Shown here: piece after piece, positions 25,776 to 38,150 of the stretch
How positions within the stretch are numbered: the first letter of the stretch is position 1
Layout of the letters: every line of letters begins with the position of its first letter
Origin: Ylistrum balloti
Lineage: Eukaryota
NCBI RefSeq assembly: GCF_031769215.1
Contig: NW_026782411.1
Span: 248,001 to 312,000 of the forward strand
Direction: 5' to 3'
DNA: 64,000 nucleotides
Translations under genes and position numbers: made by a program
Notes under the pieces: generated by a model
The model's input: the letters and a program-made list of their open reading frames with translations, nothing else
Told to the model about the DNA's origin: nothing
Databases searched by the model: none

Positions 25776-26467
25776 TATTTACTATTTATTATTATTTTCT
25801 AAAATCGTTGTCTTTGTAGTCCTTCATTTATGTATCACTTAAACATAATATTGAATTAAGGTAAAAGTTTACAGTTTTCATGTTTCATGTATTGGGTCGA
25901 GATCTGACAGAAGACCCAGCAAACGTGACCAGAACATTTAATCGACAGATTTTTGGTGACCCTGGTCGGTTTTGATCTAGACTTAGCCTTCTATGTTGTG
26001 TGTATATGATGTTATGTCAAACAGTCCTGTATAGATTTAGCAGACAGTTAGCCTATCATAGTGAAGGGCATGATCCCGGAAAAAGATAAGCTTAAGAGCA
26101 GTTTGTCCACAAACGGACATAACACTTCACTTTCTCAATGATAAAGCCTGGCAAGTAAATATATCTATAATTTTAGCAAACAGATCAGTAAGATACAGTG
26201 TACACGTTGTATCTAATACTCCCAAACATGGCACTTTGACGTATCATGGCATCAGGATTCATTTTACCAAGAACAGAACACATTAATTATGTACGTTTAA
26301 CTCCAAGTATCACCATTATGATCTATTTCCTTGTGCGAGTTATAGATGATCGCTATCACATCCGCTGCTCTCGTTGTTATGAACCAAATTATTATTTCAG
26401 AATATGGCTTTACTTGGATTGACCTAGATTTATATATGTTTTTGATGATATAAACTTCAATACTCAC

Positions 26468-26567
26468 TTTCTTTATTGTTTTTCTCATTTTCCTCTTCGC
26501 CAGTCATATCTTCATTCGCATTGGCGTCAAGCGCCCCAGAAGACCAGCCAAGGACTTGTAGTGTTGT
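26468..26567 (-). CDS. FAM217: FAM217-like gene internal exon, 100 nt, phase 0 to 1
   Basis: Acceptor cccttttctgttttag| and donor |gtgagt. The single open frame reads TTLQVLGWSSGALDANANEDMTGEEENEKNNKE. Confidence 0.65.
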
Positions 26568-29564
26568 CTAAAACAGAAAAGGGTCAAAGACAATTTTAAC
26601 TAAAAAAACAGACTCTATAAATAATTTGTACCAACACGTGACCTCAATTTATAACCAAAAATATATAATTTGAGTCCAAAAATATCATATAATTGAAAAA
26701 CATACAAAACGAATATATTCCACCGGCGTCATACTACTAGGGCAGTCGTGCATCATCTTGTTGTGGTTGTATGTATAAATGTAACAGGTAATATTTGTTT
26801 GTCTCACAGTACGTTCACTTGTAGTTACTTCCAGTTATAATCCGATTTCCAGCTTTCTCACTTGATATGTATAGTTATGGTACACGTGTTTGTGCCTTTC
26901 AGTGTGAAGGTATCTGACTTCCAACTCTAACTACAAACCACATAGCTCCTTTCACTGCAGGACGAGAATGTTTTGACCATGACTATTTCAATGTTTTTGT
27001 TCTATTGCTGCTTTGGTAATATCCGTCCATTACAAGTGGTTTCCAAGCTTCTGTCTTCCATTCAGTTTACATGTGTTAGTCGTTAAACCCCATGGAAATA
27101 CTCACACTTTGTTGCCTCGTTTGTTAAAGATCCAGATTTCGATATGTTGGTGAATACCATCATACGTATAATCTTGCATTATTAGAAATGTGTGTTATTT
27201 TTGAAAATAAACACATTGACCGATGATTACAAAAAAATTAAACCAGTTTCCACACGTTTCGAACACGTCACATTGAAATATCCTCTTACAGTCTACCTAA
27301 CTAGTCATATTTTGTCACATGTACACATCTATAGTGGTTCCAAAGCTTCCCCTTCTACCATATACATGGAATGCATACATGAGATAAACTAATCACTATC
27401 TACAATATATAGAAATAAATACACGCCAAAGTTAGCAATTCATCGATCGAGCATACCCTTATACATCCGGTAATACTGGTTTTATGTAAAACGTGATAGA
27501 TGACATTTAAATATATATTAAATCGATCCAAACTTTTACTCAAACAGCTTTTACTATTAACGACGTATTCCCGAGATCTTCACACATAGGTGAATAAAGA
27601 CAGTTCGATATTAAATGTGATAATCAATTTGATTAATGGGCGCCTCCTTGTTGAACAACTCCGAAAAAAACATTCAAAGAATACAATTTCTGCAGCGACA
27701 AAAAGTAATCCAAGGTCTGGAGAGAAAAAAGTCTTTTATATATGTCTATGATATGATCATGTCCAATTTGAGAGATTGCGATGTGTTTACCGAAACTTAT
27801 GAATGTTTAATTTCACAAATATCGATAAGGCCGAGTCCTTTAATAACTTGCTCTGTGCTAAATCTAATAACCCTTTAGTTTGAGCTTCAACAAGCTGTCA
27901 ATATGGTCTGTGTTCTCTATTGAATAAGATATCTTGAGCAATGAATTTTGCAAGTTCGATTTTACTCTATTTGCCGATTTAACAAAGGCTTGAAGGACTG
28001 CTTCCTATGTAATTAACATCAACTAAATTCTCTACAATGCAGGGTAGCTAATAACCTGAATTCTCAACCACCTGTTATACATACCATGTAGCTATTGTGT
28101 GTATTCGACAAACGGTACACATATGTAGTAATTAAACCTATGTTTTTCTATGTTCAGATTCACTGGTTGAAACTTTATACATAACGTCTTGGGAGAAGAC
28201 TTATATAGGCTTTAGCTTGTTGTCTAATCATATTGATTGTTTATATCAATAAACTATTTTGAGGGCGAACTTTATACATTTTGCATGGTAATGAAATGAA
28301 TCCGATAAAAATAAAACCATGCATCAATCATGTTTGTTATATGATAAATCATTATATACAAACCTAGACGAGTACATGAATAGTTTAAGTACCCTGTTTG
28401 ATTAAATGACTTCTATACACAATGTTAGATATAAGGGCGTGTTTTCGTTAGAGTTAAGAAAAATAAACATGTCTTTCCTATTTATGTATCACAATATGAA
28501 GAAATCAATAACATCTAAAACCACCGAACATATTACATCTCGATAAGAGTATATTTCATGAAATTCCAAACCGATTTTATATATTCTTTTGAAAACATCA
28601 AACTTGCTTTTTTAGATTTTTAGAAATCATCACAGAGCACAAAAACGTATAAGCTTTCATCGAGAACGTATACGTTTATTACTTTTAACCGACATACATC
28701 TTTTGAAATGAAATTTATTTAATGTTTCGTCATGTATTAGCATTAAAATGTGTGCATATAGGTAGACATCAACTATACATTTTAGAAGTGCTAACATCGA
28801 TTTAATGGGTTTAAATGTATGCATACAAGTTGCTTTTAAAAACCAATTAAAGGTATGTTTACATACACAAAGATATCACAACTCGTAGTAGTGAACAACA
28901 TCAATTCCTCCCTAGTCATCAAATATTTATGGGTATAATAAATTGACAGGGAAACAGCGCCCAGTTACGAAAAAGATATCACAGGTATTGATGATAAGCG
29001 AAGTGGACGTAAAATTAACCAAAAACATCACAATATAATTCAAAGCTTTAAATTTTACAAACAAATTCACAGCTGTGAAGCGATAATGATTTATCTTAAA
29101 GATAAAATAGAAACAAGAAACAATATACCTGTTCAGTACGATTGTAAAACTATTCCAGATCCCTCAAACTGGAAAAATTTCATGAGGCTGAAACTTTACT
29201 TCAAAGACCAATGTTATTTTCTTCGGTTAATCAAACTTTTTCAAATATTGCAACTATGTTTTCCGGTTAATCTGAAAACATTGATCCTCCATCATACGAT
29301 GCTCATGGAAATATTGATATACTACTTACACGTTTACATGTCTTGGCGTCTAGTCAGAGTTTGCGAGTAATCCTTGAGTACAGTACAAATCTATTGCAGC
29401 ACGGCAACATCTAACACTTATATATGTTGGTGTATTATCCTAGCTTCCTTTGATAGTTATTATTTTTAGCAAATCAGTATGTAAATCATAAATACTTCAT
29501 ATAATTACTAATTAATCAATCAGTCTTCTTTTACGTCCCACAATGGTGTGTATAAAATAAAGAA

Positions 29565-29637
29565 GGGGTTCTGATCACCAGGCACCCGCCTTATATACGT
29601 GGTCGGAGGGCGACCTCTATTACACTGGACACACCTC
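29565..29637 (-). mobile_element. Possible decayed tRNA-SINE head
   Basis: Minus strand gaggtgtgtccagtgtaatagaggtcgccctcc...gcctggtgatcagaacccc; degenerate A and B boxes. Confidence 0.3.
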
Positions 29638-30441
29638 AATCAAGTTTGGTCATCTTAATAGCAATAAAGTATTCCCTAAATTGCAAAAAATAAACGTAGA
29701 GAGGAAAACATTTTACCTGACTACTGATTTTCTGTTTTCTGTTCTTTTTCCTACTTTTTCCTATTGGAGCAAAAGTTTTGATTAGTGTAAAGAAAAAACT
29801 GGTCGTTCACTCGGTTAAGTTGATGAAGTTAATACGAATCTCTTTTACTAAGTAATTGTAACTAATATTTCATACCGACATCGACTACAATAAAGGTTTC
29901 CACAACATCACCTAATAAGACAGATACAACGAAATATAAATCCTTAGACCGCACGTGCATCTATCATGCATAAAAGGCAAGATTAAGTATATATCCTAGA
30001 TATCGATCTTAAGGAATCAATTACCCCACAACGATAGAATCAGCCAATATTTAAATCCCTAATCGATAGCCTTATTTATACAGATTTAAAATAAGCCATA
30101 CTCGTAATGTTTCAAAAGTCATTTATAAGGGCAAGAAACCCCATGTTATGTAGATCTTATTTATTTAAAATATATCTGATTAATTTTTCTCCAAAGGTAC
30201 TTTATAGTTGTGTAACACCAAAAGCGTAACATTCTTTTAGCAAACTAGTTTACAGAAATGGACTTTGTCTGGTAGGTAGAGCTCCCACTTGCTAGATGTT
30301 GAGATATGATTAAGGTCTAGGTATAAGAAGAAAGCTCCAGAGAATGTTAAAACTTTTACTTAGCAGTTACTCATTGTGCATATTTTGTTTGTTCTTTGAT
30401 TTTGTTCTGTTGTTATCACTATTTTTTTCTGATTATTTATC

Positions 30442-30610
30442 NNNNNNNNNNNNNNNNNNNNNNNNNNNNNNNNNNNNNNNNNNNNNNNNNNNNNNNNNNN
30501 NNNNNNNNNNNNNNNNNNNNNNNNNNNNNNNNNNNNNNNNNNNNNNNNNNNNNNNNNNNNNNNNNNNNNNNNNNNNNNNNNNNNNNNNNNNNNNNNNNNN
30601 NNNNNNNNNN
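30442..30610. other. Assembly gap (169 N)
   Basis: Run of N. Confidence 1.
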
Positions 30611-31611
30611 NAGGCAACTCGAGAATAAAAATGTCCTTGTTTATGTTAGTTAGGGTGTGTAAAAAATGTTCATGAATCTTTTAACTAACTATAACAAAAA
30701 ACAAAATTACTCAAAGATGAGTTACACTGAGACTGACTATCTGCCTTTTTTCAAAACATTGTTACGCCAGAAGATAACAATACATGTAAACAATAGTGAA
30801 TGTAACTTGACGAAACCATCACGTGCGTGTCAGTAACGTATTGATATAGTTTGTATTGTTGTTATGTACATTTACTTGTTAACTTAATATTCCGGCCGAA
30901 GTTCAGAACCGGGAAATTAACACTAAGTGTGATAATTATCAATGTAATGCATCTCATTAATATATGTATTATCTATTCGTGGGGTGGGTGGAAACATGCA
31001 TACCATAGTGTCTAATAGTTAATTAGTGATATTTAATTAGTGGGCATTGGTCCCTGTAGGGTCAGTGGTATCACACTGTTAAAGGTAACATGTGTTACAA
31101 AATTAGATCGAGTCAGTCAAAATAATAGGAGCAGACAATATATTTGATATCGGTGAAGAACAAACACAGGATAACATTTTCAGACCCTTGAACTCACTAA
31201 CAAATTCCAATAGAATAATACTTTGTATCCAGCAAGTGGAAGCAATGGCGTGTTAACGCGACGGTAGCTTCTTTAAAGAAAAATATTTTTTTTGCAATTT
31301 TGAAGGCACTATTTTGTTTGCCACTTAATCAATATTCAAAACATATCATATTTAATTAATCACATTTTGCATATGATAAATCAAGCAACATGAAGTTGAC
31401 GAAACTTGGTACACTTTACCCGTTAATATACATAAATATCATGAAGCGATTAACATAGTTTAAGTGTTAAGAAGAATGGTAGTGGGTAGTTTTATATAGA
31501 TTAAGATGTTTTTATTCTGTAAAGTATCCTAATCAATACCAAATATCTCAATTCGAACATTACATACGGTGTAACAAGCAAAAACAAAATACCAACACCT
31601 TAAAACATACT

Positions 31612-31698
31612 AGGAGAATAAGACCAGGTGTTTCAGAAGAGTGGATGTCTTCTGCTTCATCGCCAACACCTGCCATGTAAACCTTGGTCAACCCAAAT
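31612..31698 (-). mobile_element. Interspersed repeat fragment homologous to 55574-55655 (3' flank of the PLE-type retroelement)
   Basis: gagaataagaccaggtgtttcagaaga...ttctgcttcatcgccaacacctgccatgtaaaccttggtcaacccaaat aligns by eye with gagaacttgaccaagtgctctgaaaagg...ttctgtttcatcgacgacacccgccatgcaaatctgagtcaaaccaaat. Confidence 0.7.
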
Positions 31699-32099
31699 AT
31701 GTACTGTCACATTATCAAGCAAAATATAGAATATGTTATTCAGTTGTGAAGAAATTATGTCACGTATACCAGAAAATTATACAATAACACCCGTAGCTAA
31801 ATCTCCGCTAAAATAATTGAAATGAGAGACAGTTAGACTTCCGAGAAAATAAGGAAAACGGCCAGGTTGTATCTCAGCGTGTTTATTTTATCGAGACAAT
31901 CAAGTAAAAAATTATTAAGACTTCACTAAATAGATGTTATGTTATCAAGACTTACTGTATGTATTCCACAAGATATCCCTTCAGCAGATTTATCCCCACC
32001 TTATAAACGGGAGTAGAATATTAAATGTTTGTGGATGAGCGAAAGTAATTCAACACATGGATTTATTGTAAGTGTATAGAGCTAGAAGTAGAAATGAAG

Positions 32100-32440
32100 A
32101 TTTCTTTAACATCACCCGCTACTTGATAAAATCTTACTCCAAGTGCTTTGAATGACTGAGATTATGTACATATTAATATTCTAACAATTATACCAGAAAA
32201 GACCTTTATGAGATGTGTTTTTTACTTTATGAGCCATTCGATAATTCAATGCTAAAAGCAATGTCTGGAAGAGATATAAATCCTTTTAACATAACAATCC
32301 TATTGATTGATCGTAATGTATTTTATTACTGGGATTTCGCCTGCTATCGGGCTATATTATCTTTTCTATGTGGGACATATTTGTATAAAGGATTGGTTAA
32401 CAGATTTATCGGCTTAGTCCGTGATCAATTACGCTAAAAC
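32100..32440 (+). mobile_element. Decayed Penelope-like RT C-terminal fragment
   Basis: FFNITRYL, LKAMSGRDINPF (cf. LNKANTSDTEAPF), DFACYRAILSFLCG (cf. DFNFPIVNFPFLCS), LVRDQLR. Confidence 0.35.
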
Positions 32441-33077
32441 AAACACACCACTTTCATTTTACGTGCCTTGACGAGTTACAAAACCATGAAATTTTGATTT
32501 ATTATATTTTATGGATCAACTAAGAAATGATATTATCATTTTTCTTGGATGCAATTGTTATTAATGTACAAATTTAAACAAAACATCTAAATTTTTATCA
32601 ATTTTCTTTGCACTCAAATATGCACTTAAAAGCCTCGTATTCATTTTGATCTCCGTACCTCATTAGTAGCCTACACAACAACATGTATTTGTTCTACCCA
32701 TGAGAGGTAAGGTAGTGTTATAAACACCTGTTTCTTCTAACTCTTATGTTCGTTTGATATGAAACTACATCACATCAACATATCCTTCACACCATGATTT
32801 TTGCCGATAAAAGAGTATTAAATGTTGAATGCTTTGAAATTAAGATCCATTTGAAAAAAGACAAACATCTCATTTTTCACACACATACTTGGTTTAAAAC
32901 GGTGATACATCTAGACTTCCTGTACAGTTTTCACAAACTTAACCATATAGAGAAAACTTACATTTTAACTTTACTGGAAGCAATTAAGTCTTAAATGCAA
33001 GACTACTAAGCGAAAGTATTTCGTGAGTCCAGGAAAAAATATTAAATGTTTTCATTTTATTTCAGAATAAATAGGAC

Positions 33078-33355
33078 TCATCTACACACCATGGCGAAGG
33101 CTGGAGACAAACATCATCTACACACTTGTTTGTTATACATGTCGAAGGCTGAAGACATTTAACGTAATCATCTACATACCTATTTGCTATATATGGCAAC
33201 AGATTACAAACAATAAACAAAATGATCTACACACGTTTGCTATATATGGCAACGAGGTGACGTAATTAAACAAAATCATCGACACACCTATTTGCTATCA
33301 ATGGCGTTATGGTGAAGACATTAAACAAAACCATCAACAAACAAGTGTTTGCTAC
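33078..33355. repeat. Degenerate tandem repeat, ~53-55-bp unit x~5
   Basis: Recurrent catctacacac...tttgctatatatggc...aaacaaaat. Confidence 0.75.
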
Positions 33356-33953
33356 TGGGTCAAACCATTCAGCTAAGAGGGTATGCCAATTATTAACTCA
33401 AGTTTATCATTTAATCTTGCCTTACGGACTTCTGAATTATTATAAGAGTATAAGTATGTTTTGTCGTGTCGACCAGCGACAAATGTTGGAGGCAAGACCG
33501 TAATTCAATATTGAATGTGATGAAATTTATAAGTGCATCTGTGTTTTGGCATTTACTTCCAATGAAGATTTTCCCACAGTCGACTATCATGCTCAAACTA
33601 TTTATGCACTAAGCATCTCGGACTAGACATAGTGTATTTTTTTAATTTGTGGTGGAAGGTGCTACTTGTGTCTATTTGAACAACTAAAAAAGCATGGTGA
33701 TTTTCAGAGGCTTAGTTCACTTTTCTCTCAAACCCTGTCGAAACTTGTATTGATATACATGTATATATATGTATCGTCTTCCAAAATTATTCTATTAAGA
33801 TAACCCATTTCAGTTGCGGATATTTTTTCATATGGTTATTTGATCAATTTTAATTTTAAATTCAAATTTTGTTTACGTGTCGGTATTTCCTGATTGGTTT
33901 TAATCTTATCTAATATTGTCTTCAACATTCACATATATATATTTGTCACATAC

Positions 33954-34185
33954 CTTGTCAAGTTTGGCGAAGTTTCCCGAGCTCACCATGTTGTCGTTCC
34001 TGGTCATCCCCTGGGGAACAGTATAGTCAGTCTCCTTAAGGTTAGATAGACACACAATATCGCTATCCGTCAGCTTTCGTATACGAGCTTTGCTTGACCC
34101 GGGGGACAGGGGACCATCGCACGCCCTATTTTTTAAAAGACGGTATATCAACAAACTTTGGCTCATTTCATAGACCAGTACCGTT
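33954..34185 (-). CDS. FAM217: FAM217-like gene exon, 232 nt, phase 2 to 0 (internal ATG at 34166)
   Basis: Locally GC-richer open frame TVLVYEMSQSLLIYRLLKNRACDGPLSPGSSKARIRKLTDSDIVCLSNLKETDYTVPQGMTRNDNMVSSGNFAKLDK. Donor AAG|gtatgt; acceptor ctttgttgtgtgatttag|. Confidence 0.6.
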
Positions 34186-36002
34186 CTAAATCACACAACA
34201 AAGTTGTGAACACATAGCATAGGCAACTTCTGAGCTCTGTAAAGGAACGATGATGTATTATTATGACAAAATCCTACTTCTACAAACAATGGTAAACAAA
34301 AGTGTGATCGGCCGATGTAGGCCTACTTGCAGTCGTTTCCAAGGTCTTCATCTTCCATATACATGTGAATTTGTCCATAAAATAAAACATTGTTATGACA
34401 CAATTATTACAAACCAGTCGTATTGGTTGTAGTATCGTTGTTTTTAAAGGCTGATCATTAAAAAAATAATAGTTTAGTAAGATCCATTAACGGAAAATAA
34501 TAGGCACTGTGTACTAACTGTAAAGGTTAACACTTTCACTCAAAGTAACAAACAAATGTCAAGTATATTGTGGTGAAATATCAAATATCCGTGCCGACAA
34601 TACAATAGAAAGGTCCACACAATTAGGCATTATTTGACCAGAACAACCCGCACACGAGTAAAGTATACAGTTATATAGTCAACATTAATTGATATAGTGG
34701 TATTTACCGCTACTGTAACATACATACCACTCTCATGTAAACCTCCAATCCTTTGTAATACACTAGTATGCTAAGTAAAACCCCGTTGGTTCAAGTACAT
34801 ATTCATTCACAGACTCAATAATGCATTACGGATTAATAACCATTTTGATACATTTCATTTCCCCCAGTTAAACCACCGTTCTGATATTAAAGCTTCGGAA
34901 CTTATAATATACAACACCTAAAGAATTAATTGTGTAGCAGATATGTATATGTTTTCTATGTATACTACACATTCATGTGATGATTGCCTCTACACTTATC
35001 ATGCTTTCTGTCTTACAGAAAGATTAAAATCCTATATTAAAGTATAAAATTCCCTAGATAGAAGCAGCACCAAAGTTTGTCTTGCTAACATAAATGTTAT
35101 TTCTATTACTTGTACGTAGGAAAACAAAGTAGAAATATAGCCTACATTCTCATTTTACATTGAGATTGTAATGTAAAGATTTAATTGGACGTCTATCAGG
35201 TCTGGAGGGTTATGTAAAGACTATTACCTACACTTTAACGTTGAGTTTAGTGTTGTAAATGTCATAGTGCGGTCCTAGGATCAATGAGAGGTGAATTTAA
35301 GTGTCGTTCCAGGCTACACTTTACACGTTTGGATGTGTTTCAATTCATATTTTAATACTCTCTGGAATTCGTGGGATATATAAATGAAAAGCAGAAAAAC
35401 ACATTCAATTGTGATTTAAACAGACAGGCATTTAGCAAATTAGACGAATAAAGCATAATGTATCAAGTTTCATGCGTAAAATCTGTCCAGATTTAAGTAC
35501 GTTTAAATGTTTTCTTTCTATAATCCCGAGCTCAGACGAAAATTGAGATCGTTGTCTCTGAAACATACGAATCAATGTAAAATATTTTGAACGGATGAAC
35601 AGGTAATGCTCACTACGATTAATGACCATCTATCATAAACAGTTTATTGGTCGTAAATTCCGTTGGACGGAAATGCAACTTAAGGCTCCCATATAAGTTT
35701 GTAAGATGAATGTACAGAGAGAACAAAAACCGATGTTGTAAGAACATATTGGATAGAGAACATCTGTTAAAAAGACACATGTGGTGGTAGTAATTGTTTG
35801 TCAAATCAGTTTTGAGGTTAAATGAATCCAGCGAGATTTGGATAAAAAAACAAACCCAGACATAGTAATATCTAAGCTTCATACTATGACTGTCCATTAT
35901 ATGTCATTTACATTTTCCAAACAAATAGTCAAGTTGTATAGCGAACTGTTTTACTTTGGAACATTTCTTAAGGTTGGTAATGTCAATAGAATTGAAGTTC
36001 AT

Positions 36003-36124
36003 ATAACACAACCAGTAGAGGATAGAGTGTGACGTTTCGATGACTACGCGGTCACCTTCATCTCATAACACAACAGTAGAAGATTAGAGTGTGACGTTTC
36101 GATGACTACGCGGTCACCTTCATC
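36003..36124. repeat. Tandem duplication (~62-bp period) of the hammerhead motif; the second copy has core GAGAUGA
   Basis: Two identical copies of tagagtgtgacgtttcgatgactacgcggtcaccttcatc, at ~36023-36062 and ~36085-36124. Confidence 0.95.
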
Positions 36125-36129
36125 AGACA
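36090..36129 (-). ncRNA. Minimal type I hammerhead ribozyme motif (Penelope-like-element type)
   Basis: Minus strand reads UGU-CUGAUGA-A-GGUGAC-cgcgua-GUCAUC-GAAA-C-GUC/ACA. It has an intact catalytic core, a 6-bp stem II (one G-U), palindromic ACGU in place of helix III, a GUC cleavage triplet (cut between 36093 and 36092) and a 3-bp stem I. Confidence 0.7.
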
Positions 36130-37329
36130 AATGACAAGTGTGGATCGTACTAGGCACTGACGTACGTAGTGCACGAGATGATATTCTAACGAACTGTTTT
36201 TGGTGATCCGTTTTCTAATTGAAAAGCAAAAATTTACAGAGATATGTAACATTTATAATTACTTCTTTAAGTAGTATTTTCAAACATAGGGTGTAGATGA
36301 ATGCCCCTGATAAAGGAATACGGGGTCAAAGAAGCTGATTTTAAGTACAATTATTGCATACACTGACCTTCCGCAATAAAAATAATTTTCCGATATATCA
36401 GCAAGGTTGAGCGGATGTATCAACAAGGACTGAAATGGCTGAAAGAATATTAGCACAAAAACATTTTTTCGGGGAAGTTTTACATACTCTTATTTAAATA
36501 TTGGACTGAAACTAGTGACATAGACAAATACATGTTATAAAGAGGTGGTCACAAGCTGCAGAATTGGGATGTCTAATAACTTTTCACCGAGGAGATTTTC
36601 CTATAGGAAAAAATGTAATCCAACTCTATTACGTTAAGAGACTTACATCTTTAGAGTCATTTCTTTATTTCTTTCTTTGTTTATTAAATCATCCATGTTA
36701 CTGTGATAGCCAAATATATGCCATACTGAAAGACATATCCCGAAACTTACATGTACATACCTTTACTCACACTACAAATATATTCTAAGACACGACATAC
36801 AAATTCTAGATCTATAAAATATATCAATGTCAAAGTTCAAAACATATCCCTATGGAGAAATAACAAATAGAAAATCCAAACAAACTAATAAAAAAATGCA
36901 AACTGATTTTTTATGCATTGAAAGTGTTAAAAAATATTATCCTGAACGTGAAAAAATGACGTGATCAAGATACAAACCCGTCAATTTCGTCATTCGAGCA
37001 CCAGAAATCCTTGTATGCTGTAGTCAGTAAGTTCCGGTCAAGGATGTGTTCGGACATATACATGGATCCCATATCGTCCCATTTACAACGCAAACAATCC
37101 GAAGGAAAAGATTGACCAATGATTAAATGTCCTTAAACTGGACAGCGTATATCTCGCCAACCAGATCGGATTCAAAGACCACATTCACAGTAGAATAAAT
37201 ACATACTTCATAACGGTATGTCAATACTAAACGTTCGATCTCTTATATATACAGTCCGCACCCTATATGTTCGTCCTCACTGGAGTCTTTATCAAACACA
37301 GGTTAAGTGGTGTATCTGTCCATCATAAT

Positions 37330-38150
37330 ATATAGCTCCTAAGTTTGTAGTACTTTGTACAGTATCTCTGCTGATGCAAAGTTAAATAAAGAAAATATTA
37401 AGAAACAGAAAACAAAAGCAACGGGCGAGACGTCGAGAATGTGTTCGTTCTCTTAAGGTACTGAATACCATCTGAGGCGGAAAAAGTGTCGATGAGAGTA
37501 ATACTCGCTAAAACAGATCATTTAACTTATCCAATCTCATAAGTATATCTTAATGCCTGTAAGCGAACCAATGTCTTGAAAGAATTTAAATCTTCAAAAA
37601 TTGCACCAGCTAACAAGTGTTTGATAAGATGGCAAATACTTCGGCTAAGTAAAGTACCCTGTTCTCGCGACGTGTATTGATTCGAGATAAGACGAACGTG
37701 TTAGTTCCCCATTGTTAGCCATCGGATGTAGTACATACACCTATTACTCCTTGGTGGTGGAGCCGCATTGGCTCTCTACAACCTTCTCTTGTGTAAACAC
37801 AACCAACAACAGCTCAGGAAACATAAAACAAGAGTTCAAGTGGATTGGCTAAAATACTTCCCTAAGGCATCAATCCAGTAATATTTACAGTAATTTTTGA
37901 TAAACCGGTATTGATCTATACGTCGAGATCAATACTGAAGTGATTTTATCTTTTTAATTAAGTCGTATCTGCAGATTCTGCGTGCATATCCATCCGGGTA
38001 TCACGTCCTATTGCATCGATCCTCGTCCCCAGGATTTCTGTAATTGACTTTCACCCGCGTAGTTATAGCCAGCCTTGAACCCAGACTTCTTGACATAGGG
38101 TTCTAGCCCAAATTTATCACGTTAAGACGTTAACTTTGAAGCTGTCATAT
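37330..38150 (+). mobile_element. Highly decayed Penelope-like RT fossil
   Basis: Ordered remnants CSTLYSISADAKL (cf. FSTLYTTIPHDKL), YSLKQII*LI (cf. YSETDIIKML), IDLYVEINTE (cf. LDLHLEIDSE); many stops and frameshifts. Confidence 0.5.

Noticed and set aside
27106-27180. Minus-strand MQDYTYDG...NK exon with a gtgagt donor
   Set aside because: Its phase 2 end does not fit the assembled exon chain, and there is no supporting homology.
30344-30653. ORFs spanning 30344-30653
   Set aside because: Artefacts of the N gap.
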